Shown: one piece after another, positions 54,535 through 64,000 of the stretch
How positions within the stretch are numbered: the stretch's first letter is position 1
Layout: the number at the start of each line of letters is the position of its first letter
DNA from: Octopus vulgaris
Taxonomy: Eukaryota
Length of the DNA: 64,000 nucleotides
NCBI GenBank assembly: GCA_951406725.2
Contig: OX597818.1
Coordinates: 39,494,001-39,558,000, forward strand
Direction of reading: 5' to 3'
Notes under the pieces: model-generated
Told to the model about the DNA's origin: nothing
Database searches by the model: none
The model's input: only the letters and a program-made list of their open reading frames with translations
Translations under genes and position numbers: made by a program

Positions 54535-54755
54535 CCCTTTCGTTACTGTATTTATTTTGAGATGCTCTGTGTTTCTTTCAATTAATTTTAAATATAACAA
54601 AAAATTTAGTAAAATAACTTAGTTACCATTCAGTTAGTGTTAGGAACATAAATTGTGACCAAGGTTTGGTGGAAGATTTTAATTCGAAACTTATGAAAAC
54701 AAGACATCTGTACTCAGAGCCAGAGTCGGCTTCAGCCGTGTTGGTAACGAAAGGG
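54535..54755. mobile_element. piggyBac-like MITE
   Basis: TTAA|CCCTTTCGTTAC ... GTAACGAAAGGG|TTAA: a perfect 12-bp TIR and a TTAA TSD. Confidence 0.85.
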
Positions 54756-54856
54756 TTAAGATCTTTTATGTATATATGATTAATCATTGCATTAGATTTC
54801 TATGAACCCATCAGCTAAGTGACATAAATATCTTTAAAACAATGCAAAGAATATAC

Positions 54857-55081
54857 CTTCTCTAAGAGACCGCATACTTGTTCATCACCATGATAACGGA
54901 AAAAGACCATTCCCATACAGAACATGATCAAGTGCAATATATCTGTTATTAAATAAGTGGGCATATTCTGCTGGCATTCAACATTCCCCTTTTTATTGAT
55001 GGTTGTCAAATTTGTATCTTCAGATATTGTCAAGGCAGATTTATTGCTACTAATTGTAAGCATATGTTTGTGTTCATGGCT
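54857..55081 (-). CDS. 7-TM GRL-like gene exon B (long loop 1 and TM2)
   Basis: Polypyrimidine acceptor ...cttttgtattccaacag| and donor |gtatat. 225 nt, phase 0/0. Encodes SHEHKH...VECQQNMPTYLITDILHLIMFCMGMVFFRYHGDEQVCGLLEK. Confidence 0.85.
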
Positions 55082-55187
55082 CTGTTGGAATACAAAAGAA
55101 GAGAGAAAAAAAATCAGGTTGGATAGATAAGCAAGTATAATGAAAATATAAATACACAAATGCAATAAAATTTTGAATTCTGATATA

Positions 55188-55752
55188 ATGGGTTGTCCAG
55201 AAATTTTGTGTCGATTTATAGTAGCTTACCTTTCAACTTATTTTAGAACATGGTTGAGTCCATAAAATAGGATTTGACTACATCTCCATTTAGAGCACAG
55301 TTTAAGCTATCTTTTCGTGGAAGAAGATTTATGTTCCTATAACCTGTATTAATTCTGTAACCCTTTAAAATGGAAGATAAGAAAGTTCATTTTCGGCACT
55401 TGATGCTTTGGGAACAGGTAAAAATTGCTGCAGCTTGGCTGGGATGTGTTACCCCGCCCTCCATATTCACCAGATATTGCTCCTTTGGATTTCCACTTAT
55501 TCAGGTCTCTGCAGAATAGTTTTAATGGTAAAAATTTCAATTCCTTGGATGACATAAAAAGATACCTTGATGAATTCTTTGCCATGAAACCACCTCAATT
55601 CTGGGAAGAGGGTATTTTCAAGTTAAAGGAAAGATGGAGACGCATTGTGCAACAAAATGGTTCATATTTGGTTGATTAAAAATGCAATGGCAAGTATTTA
55701 TTGACCTTTTTCTTTCCTTTAAAAATCGGCACGAACTTTCCAGACAACCCAA
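55188..55752 (+). mobile_element. Internally deleted mariner element
   Basis: TA TSDs and TIRs .tgggttgtcc.gaaa / tttccagacaacccaa. The N-terminal MEDKKVHFRHLMLWE is joined out of frame to a C-terminal PPYSPDIAPLDFHLF...GIFKLKERW. Confidence 0.9.
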
Positions 55753-56694
55753 TATATATATAGTTCTAGAGGATTTGGAGGAAGATTTTTGTAAGTCATT
55801 TATTCTGAACTCATGAAAGTATGTGGCCAAAGGTGCATAAAGTTTGGATCATGATTGTAGTATTGTGGGTAATTTACTTAAACCAAAATACGAAAATGGT
55901 GTGAGTCATTGTTAAAAGGCAAAATTTTAATTTGGCAACATAATTTACAGACATTCTGTTATTGTAACATTAACGAACTCTTGACAAACTTCTCTCAGAC
56001 TAATGAAGCATCTAACAGGCATATCTTTAATGATGCATCACAAAGAAGCTTAAAAAGCAATTCTCCTGTATAACAGGAGTTTAAAACCATGCATCTCCAT
56101 TGCTTATTCTGCTCATCTAATAGAGGCATGACGACATTGCTATACTACATGTAGCTTCATTTATCACTGATTCATTCATCCCTGATCTGGAATAACATGG
56201 TATGCTCAGTTGAACCATGATATGCTTATCATTGATTGGTCTGTGATAACACAGGGCAACTATCAGCCAAACATTCTGCTTGGTCTGCAAAAGAATGACC
56301 CAGCAACTACCCAGAATGTACTGACTATCACTTGTGCTTACATGACTGTATTGTGAAGCTTCATATTTTTTTATACGGATCTATGTACTTGTATCCATCA
56401 ATACGGGATCAGTGAAAAGATACAAAAATAAAAGGTGCCTGATCCTAACAAATGATGCAGATAAATGTATTCTCTACAGGAGATGGTAGATATGATGAAA
56501 ATACAAGGCATTGCTCATTCATTAAGTATGTACATAAATGGTTTCAATTATTGTATTGGTTTCAAATTTTGGCCCAAGGCCATCATGTCCAGGGAAGGAG
56601 TAAGTCAATTACATCGACCCTAACACTCAAATGGTACTTATTTTATCAACCCCGAAAGCAACAGTAGTAGCAGCAGTAGCAGTGCTGATCTTAC

Positions 56695-56856
56695 CTTTAT
56701 GTAAATTCGGGCATTTAAATTCCACCAGCAGTTTCCAACTTGCCACGCATAGATGAATAGAAGCAAAAGCAGCACTAATATGGGATAAACCAGGTTGATA
56801 AACTCTACCCACCAATATCTGTAATATCTGTCATCTGCAAATGGTCTCCAGCCAAC
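56695..56856 (-). CDS. 7-TM gustatory-receptor-like (7TMIC/GrlHz-like) gene, first visible coding exon (A), with TM1
   Basis: Acceptor ...atctttcag| and donor |gtaaga. 162 nt, phase 0/0. Encodes VGWRPFADDRYYRYWWVEFINLVYPILVLLLLLFIYAWQVGNCWWNLNARIYIK. Joins exon B in frame. Upstream exon(s) not identified. Confidence 0.85.
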
Positions 56857-57350
56857 CTGAAAGATATACATACATATATACTTACATATAAACACACACA
56901 CACACTCATAAGTGAAGGCATGTGGTTAGGGTATTCAGCTTATGATTGTAAAGTTGGGAGTTCAATTCCTGGTGACATATTGTATCCTTGAGCAAGACAC
57001 TTTATTTCACATTGCTCCAGTGCACTCAGCTGGCAAAAATGAGTAGAACCTATATTTCAAAGGGCCAGCCTTATCACACTCTGTGTTATGCTGAATTTCC
57101 CTGAGAACTATGTTGACAGAACACGTATCTGTGGAGTGCTCAGCCACTTGCCTGTTAAGTTCACATGTAGGCTGTTCCATTGATTGAATCAACTGGAACC
57201 CTCAATTTCATAACCAATGAAGTGCCAGTCACTTCATATATATATATATATAATCAAATAATAAGGGTAGAAATTGATACTAATCGATTAAAACCAGTGG
57301 CTTAGCATATTTTAAAAATTCTGAAGATTAAAAATTGTGTTACATACAAA

Positions 57351-57481
57351 ATTTAGAGGAATAACCACTAAAGTGGACACCCTATATGCTAAACATAGAC
57401 GTCAAATCTTTGTGGTTTTGGCGATTTGATGTCTATGTTTAGCATTTGGGTGTCCACACTTAAGTGGTCATTCCTCTAAAT
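57351..57481. repeat. Fold-back hairpin with ~58-bp arms and a 14-nt loop
   Basis: 57351-57408 is the near-perfect reverse complement of 57423-57481. Confidence 0.85.
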
Positions 57482-58080
57482 GCGTAAGATATTTGAGGAC
57501 AGATTTGTTTTTAAAAAAAACAGATATATAACAACAGATAATAACTTTATTTATAAAAAAAATGCTATAAGAATAAAAATAAACCTTCTTTTCTATAATG
57601 TTATTCAATAAAGCTACCTTCAGCTTCAACAACTGCTTCTATATGAAATCTAAATCATCTACATGTTCGAATCAAGTGGTCCTGGTTCATTTTGAACAGT
57701 ACTCTGACTATGGTAGCTTTCAAAGAATCTTTGATGTTATGGGCATGTTCATTGACCTTTCTCTCAACAACACTCCAAATGTAATAGTCCAATGGATTGA
57801 GATCTGGGGAATTAGGAGGCCTAATGTTAGGGGTTATGTGATCATGAAAATTTTCAGCCATCCAATCCTGTGTTACTAGAGCCATGTGTGATAGTGTAGA
57901 GTCTTAATGAAACACATATGGCCTTCCATTGCATACAGTGTTTATCCAGGGCTTAACAATTATTTCCAGGACCTCAGTGTAGGCAGCAGAGTTAACTCTA
58001 AGGCCTTGTGGAGAGAAGTAAGGAGGTATCACATGTCCATCATTGCTGATAACCCCTAAAACTAGGACAGTTGCAGAAAG
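57482..58080 (-). mobile_element. Tc1/mariner maT (DD37D-like) transposase 3' fragment
   Basis: VLGVISNDGHVIPPY...PYVF...PPNSPDLNPLDYYIWS...EAVVEAEG, with stops. Confidence 0.75.
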
Positions 58081-58148
58081 GAACACAGAAATAAACAGGG
58101 AGAGAAAATAGAAAAAGGTATAGTGGCCAGTTGATCTATCATGGCGAA

Positions 58149-58184
<36 letters not shown>

Positions 58185-58187
<3 letters not shown>

Positions 58188-58848
58188 GTGTGCAGACATA
58201 TCTTGAAAAATCTGAAACCGGTACCACAATATCCCTTTCTAGGTATTTCATCTTTCAGATGTTCTCCCTGGAGGTAAGACAATTTTTTTCAAGTTTGTTG
58301 CATACACGCATTTTTGCTAGTACATACACGGTGAAGCTATACATTAGCGTCATATTTATTACATTCGTTATTTTCCAGTAAATATCGGTACTTCGTTGTA
58401 CCATATATTTACTTCTATGTATAATTTTTCCTCATGGGCTATTCTTTACTGGAAAGCAATACTCTCGTATTGCATTACTATTTTTATTGAAACTTCTTCA
58501 CTGTTCTCGTTCTGTCAGCGTTTTGGCGTTTCAGTCGAGTGTATTGGCATTGATGCGGCAACATTTGAAATGTTGTCGAGGTATATGTTGGCTGATGAAG
58601 ATAAATCAAGTATATGTGTGCAGACATATCTTCAAAAATCTGAAACCGGTACCACATTATCCCTTTCTAGGTATTTCATCTTTCAGATGTTCTCCCTGGA
58701 GGTAAGACAATTTTTTTCAAGTTTGTTACACACACGCATTTTTGCTAGTACATACGCGGTGAAGCTATACATTAGCGTCGTATTTATTACATTCGCTATT
58801 TTCCAGTAAATATCGGTACTTCGTTGTACCATATATTTACTTCTATGT
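58185..58848 (+). mobile_element. Retrozyme/Penelope-pLTR-like partial tandem (428-bp unit, ~1.5 copies) in (TA)n
   Basis: 58185-58420 is repeated at 58613-58848. Contains a hammerhead motif. TA microsatellite on both sides. Confidence 0.7.
58585..58657 (+). ncRNA. Minimal type I hammerhead ribozyme
   Basis: atgttgg CTGATGA agat...(atatgt/acatat)...atct GAAA c-cg-g TA ccacat. The core is intact and stem III is a palindromic ccgg. Confidence 0.7.
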
Positions 58849-59116
58849 ATATATATATATATATATCATCATCATCATCATCATCGTTTAACGTCCGTTT
58901 TCCGCGCTAGCACGGGTTGGACGGTTTCGACCGGGGTCTGGAGAGCTCGGGACTGCCCCAGGCTCCAGTCTAGTCTGGCAGTGTTTCTACAGCTGGATGC
59001 CCTTCCTAACGCCAACCACTCCGCGAGTGTAGTGGGTGTTTTTTACGTGCCACCTGCTCAGGTGCCAGAGGGGTCTGGCATCGGCCACGTTCGGATGGTG
59101 CTTTTTTTTTTTTTTA

Positions 59117-59556
59117 TGGGGGGGGTGCAGAAATATAGGGGAGCACCAGTGGGAGGGGTGGTTCAGAGGACAGGTAATAGGCAAGTAGAACGTAGGATAT
59201 CGAGAGAGGGGTAATGCATGGTGAAATAGCGTATTGAAGAGGGGAGTTCAAAGAGTAGACACCTATAATGGTGGTGGGGGGGTGCAGAAATATAGGGGAG
59301 CACCAGTGGGAGGGGTGGTTCAGAGGACAGGTTCTAGGCAAGTAGAACGTAGGATATCGAGAGAGGGGTAATGCATGGTGAAATAGCGTATTGAAGAGGG
59401 GGGTTCAAAGAGTAGACACCTATAATGGTGGTGGTGGGGGTGCAGAAATATAGGGGAGCACCAGCGGGAGGGGTGGTTCAGAGGACAGGTTCTAGGCAAG
59501 TAGAACGTAGGATATCGAGAGAGGGGTAATGCATGGTGAAATAGCGTATTGAAGAG
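59117..59556. repeat. Minisatellite with a 157-158-bp purine-rich unit, ~2.8 copies
   Basis: tgcagaaatataggggagcacc starts at 59126, 59283 and 59441. Confidence 0.9.
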
Positions 59557-59656
59557 TATATATATATATATCATCATCATCATCATCATCGTTTAACGTC
59601 CGTTTTCCGCGCTAGCACGGGTTGGACGGTTCGACCGGGGTATATATATATTTTAT

Positions 59657-59828
59657 CTAGTTTCAGTTCACGAGCTGTGGCCATGCAGGGGCACCGCCAT
59701 TAAATGTGTGATACTTATAGCACCTATGTTTCCCAAGCGGTCACCCATCTAAGTACTAACTAGGCTCAACGTTGCTTAACTTCGGTGATCGGACGAGAAC
59801 TGGTGCTTTCAACATGTTATGGCCATAT
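59657..59828 (-). mobile_element. 5S rRNA-derived retroposon (SINE3-like or chimeric retrocopy) with a CR1-LINE 3' tail
   Basis: Minus strand ggccataacatgttgaaagcaccagttctcgtccgatcaccgaagttaagcaacg...tagtacttagatgggtgaccgcttggg is 5S-like. It is followed by 45 nt matching the 3' end of the LINE at 4157-4201 at 41 of 45 positions. Confidence 0.85.
59712..59828 (-). pseudogene. 5S rRNA-like sequence (diverged, no oligo-T terminator)
   Basis: Recognisable 5S box A and box C. Isolated rather than in an array. Fused to a LINE tail. Confidence 0.85.
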
Positions 59829-62799
59829 ATATATATATATATATTTCTATGGGTTTTAAATTATTCTAAAACTTAAAATTTTGCTTTTTTAATTTTTTAA
59901 AAATGTTATTCTATCCTATTTTATTCATCCAGTACTGGGACCACTACCCTCTTATCCTTGTTTTATTATTACCCTATGATTATTGGTATTGTTATTTCTG
60001 TTATTATTTTGGAAGATTTTTCTTATCAATATTATTGGTATTGATATTATTGATATTGATGTTGCTGATGTTGATGCTGTCACCTTAATCATAATTGTTT
60101 TGGCATCACACATTACTCTGCTAGCCTACTCTAATCCTCTATATCTTCGTATATCTTAATGCTACAATTGGAAACTTCAACTTTAGTTAAATTTAAACTC
60201 TAACCCTTTTATTAATTTAAATTTAAAAACCTGAATAATCAGGTCACCTTGAAGTTACATCTAATTTACATTTAATTAACTTGACATCACCCCATTTGTA
60301 ACAATGTCTCTAAATCTATCAGTATTTATATCCTGATAATAAGAGCTTTCATGACACCTATGATATGAATAAAAATTTGTATCCTTTCACTCCCTAACAT
60401 TATTCCCCCACTATGCTAAATTAATAGATTAAAGATTGAAAATTGCTGGCTAAGACTAACCTATGTCCATGAAAAGCCCATATCAAATTTCAGCACGATG
60501 GCTGGAGAATATTTAAACTAGATACAATGCTAGTATAGTAATGAATGCTGACCCATGTCTGTGACTGTCCCGCTTCCAAATTTAGAAACACATCCCAATT
60601 GCTGTTTCTACTACTACTACTACTACTTAGTGACTCAGGCACCACTCCCTTACCTGCTCTTACCCCCCATGTAACCTGTCTTACCCTGTTCTCCATTTTA
60701 CTTGAACAACCCACACAATAGCCATTCCTGAAGTGCTCTGCTTGTTATTTCCAGACATGGCTCTGATGAAAGTAGCATTATAATTTTTTCTTAGGTTATT
60801 CAATTTACCTTAATTGATCAAATAGACCAGTTGAGTAAACCTATCAGTAATGTACCTAAAATGATTATTGGAAACAGCTGTAAGCCAAATTTGCTCTAAT
60901 AATGGAATTATACGTAATGACCATTATCTGTAATTTATTTATTACATATCACTCTGTAAAAAACAATTTATCTGGGATCCCTTCATGGGATTTACAATAT
61001 GGAATTGTAATGAACCATAACTTGGGACTCTACCAAAAGAGTCCAGCATGGCCACAGTCAAATGACTGAAACAAGTAAAGAATTTATTTTAAAACAAAAT
61101 GTCAGTTCATGAAACCAAGTGAGTCTCAGGTGTGTTGGTATCAAAAGTAGTGGCAATCTACTTGCTAATTTTTTGTGCTTATGTATACACACACACAAAG
61201 TTCTTCACTATTCTAACTAATATTCTTTTCTACTCTAAGCACAAGGGCCGATATTTTTGGGGGAAGGGGCTAGTCGATTAGATCGACCCCAGTATGCAAC
61301 TGGTACTTAATTTATTGACTCTGAAAGGATGAAAGGCAAGGTTGACCTTGACGGAATTTGAACTCAAAACGTAATGGCAGATGAAATACTGCTAAGCATT
61401 TCGCCCAGCATGCTAATGATTCTGCAAGCTCACTGCCCTACAAATCTAACTAATATTGTTTGCCTGGTGTGTCAACAGAGAGCTTAGGAAGTGTTTTGCC
61501 CAGATTGATAATCCCTCATTATATGTTCTCTCTACAGATATTTATGCATACACACACACACACACACTCACGTACATATGTACGTACATATATATGGATG
61601 GATGGACGGACAGATAGATGGACAGATGGATGGATGTAAAAATTAAGGGCTAATGTATTCAATGCTGTAGGAAAAATAGCCTTGATTGATTAAAATTTAC
61701 ATTTTTCTTCACCTTTCAGTCAGGATGTTTCACTCTATTAGACCACATCAGCATAACATATCTAATTAACCTTCTTGGATCAGTTGACAAAAATTTTTAC
61801 ATATACAAATTTTTACATATACAAATAAGTTACTAATAATTTTTGGCTAGGAGTGGCTGTGTGGTAAGTAGCTTGCTTACCAACCACATGGTTCCAGATT
61901 CAGTCCCACTGCATGGCACCTTGGGCAAGTGTCTTCTACTATAGCCTTGGGCTGACCAAAGCCTTGTGAGTGCATTTGGTAGATGGAAACTGAAAGAAGC
62001 TCGTCATATATATGTATGTGTGTGTATATGTTTGTGTGTCTTTGTTTGTCCCCCACCAACATTGCTTGACAACCGATGCTGGTGTGTTTACGTCCCTGTA
62101 ACTTAGCGGTTCGGCAAAAGAGACCGATAGAATAAGTACTAGGCTTACAAAGAATAAGTCCTGGAGCAGAGTTGCTCAACTAAAGGTGGTGCTCTAGCAT
62201 GGCCACAGTCAAATGACTGAAAAGAGTAAAAGAGTATAATTTTCATGATTAACAAAAAAATAAAATGAGCTTAGGGGACTAACTGAAATACTGGTGGCAT
62301 GAATTTGGTGAAAGCAGACATTGGAGCTTGGCACCGTCCTCTGACTCACAGCTCTTGTCAAACCATCCAACCCAAGTTAGCAAGGAAAATGGATGTTAAA
62401 TGGTGACAGGGATGATAAATACTGTCCTAAATCCTTTAGGAAAAAAAAAATTCTTAATTAATAAGGATTTAAACCATTTTACTTATTTCCTTAGCTCATT
62501 GCATTTTAGTAATTATGCAAATTATTTTAGCAAAAAATTATAGTTATTCATAATTTTTTTTCTATATGTAAAATCTTACTGTGTGGTTTTTGTTTTCTTT
62601 CTTCAGCAAAGAAGAATTTTTCAGTTAATAAGGAATTTGTGTATATAACATTCATTACTTCACTAACTTTCTTGATATAAAGATACATATTTACATAATC
62701 TCATTTATAATAATACTCCAGCATGGTCTTAGAAATGATGGTTGAAATAAACTAAAGTATTAACATATGCCTATGTGCAAATGTTTGCACAAGTACATG

Positions 62800-62846
<47 letters not shown>

Positions 62847-63439
62847 ATGTGTGTGTGTGTGTGTGTGTGTGTGCATGTGTGTGTGTGTTTGTGGATGTAG
62901 GCATAGCTGAGTGATTAAGAAGTTTGCCTTGTAATGATGAGGTCCCAGTTTCTAACTTACTGCACGATATGCTGGGTAGCTATCTCTTACCATAGCCTCA
63001 CAGCGACCTGACCCTCACCTTGTAAGGGAAACTGGGTTCATGGAAACTGTGTGGAAGATCAGTGCATGGACTATTCTAACAATTTGAAAAGCCAGCCATA
63101 TTACATACTATGTCACACACTGTGTCACACCAACTTTAAGGATATAAATGTCTGTGGAATATTCAATTACTCATGCTACAATTGAGTGAATAAGCAGTTC
63201 AGTTGATTAAAAAACCAGAATATTTAACCATTTCTTATTTAACCTTTTTGCTAGTAGATTTCCATTGAAATTTACTGCCTTTGTTTAAATAAATTTTGAA
63301 ATTAACAAAGAATTTAGGTATAAAAGCAGCCAGCTGGCAGAATTGGCACTGTACCTAACAAAATTCTGAGCAGCATGTTGTCTATCTTTACATTCTGAGT
63401 TCAAATTCTGTTGAAGGTGATTTTACCGTTCTTCCTTTC

Positions 63440-63607
63440 TGTTGTGTGGACGCCCCCAGACGATGAAGTAGGCTAGCCCAATATGAGGATATAGAGGGAG
63501 AAGTCTAGATGTCGGGAGTTGAGTAGAGGTCATCGGAATGTGCAATATAACAGTGGCGATGAGAATGAGATGCTCACACAGCCACTGTGTAGTATTGCGA
63601 TATAACA
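63440..63607. mobile_element. 168-bp TG...CA solo-LTR-like element with 5-bp TSD CTTTC, inserted in a SINE
   Basis: ctttc|TGTTGTG...TATAACA|ctttc. The host SINE sequence rejoins when the element is removed. Confidence 0.8.
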
Positions 63608-64000
63608 CTTTCAGGGTCAATAAAATAAGTACCAGTTGAACATTGGGGTCTACATACTCAACTATCTCCCTTCCCTCAAATTATTGGCCTTATTAAGCTG
63701 GTGTTTGGGACATAAGATTAACAGGAGATTTTGAAGAAAAGTTTTTAGGTGCAGGAGTGGCTGTGTGATAAGTAGCTTGCTTACCAACCACATGGTTCCG
63801 GGTTCAGTCCCACAGCGTGGAACCTTGGGCAAGTATTTTCTACTATAGCCTCGGGCTGACCAAAGCCTTGTAAGTAGATTTGGTTGACGGAAAGAAGCCC
63901 GTTGTATATATATATATGTGTGATGTGTGTGTGTGTGTGTTTCTTCCCCCAACATCACTTGAAAACCGATGCTGGTGTATTTACATCCCTGTAACTTAGT

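Noticed and set aside
58396-58809. 137-aa ORF within the tandem unit
   Set aside because: It has a non-ATG start and no GIY-YIG or RT motifs, so it is probably incidental.
59712-59828. Functional 5S rRNA gene
   Set aside because: It is isolated and diverged, lacks the terminator, and is fused to a LINE tail.
62580-62655. Possible first exon MNVIYTNSLLTEKFFFAEERKQKPH with a gtaaga donor
   Set aside because: It ends in phase 1 while exon A starts in phase 0, and no bridging exon was found.

Overview
AT-rich, microsatellite- and retroposon-dense eukaryotic DNA. The repeat families look like those of octopus/coleoid cephalopods; this is an inference from recalled sequence, not a search. Most short ORFs in the supplied track are translations of microsatellites or SINEs. 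The main result is a nine-exon, minus-strand host gene that the ORF track does not show as a gene (CDS 56856 to 22410). All its junctions are GT-AG and phase-compatible, and the splice gives 404 aa plus stop, with the N-terminus missing. It encodes a 7-TM protein with the layout of gustatory-receptor-like 7TM ion channels (GrlHz-like). The window also holds a CR1-group LINE with an intact 1034-aa APE-RT ORF2 and a CCCH zinc-finger ORF1. Its 3' stem-loop tail is shared by an abundant tRNA-derived SINE and by a 5S rRNA-headed retroposon (59657-59828). Several short microsatellite-embedded elements carry hammerhead-ribozyme motifs, the best being a 428-bp tandem unit at 58185-58848. Decayed R4/Dong, HERO, RTE, piggyBac, mariner and maT elements, MITEs, tiny TG...CA solo-LTR-like elements and fold-back structures are also present.
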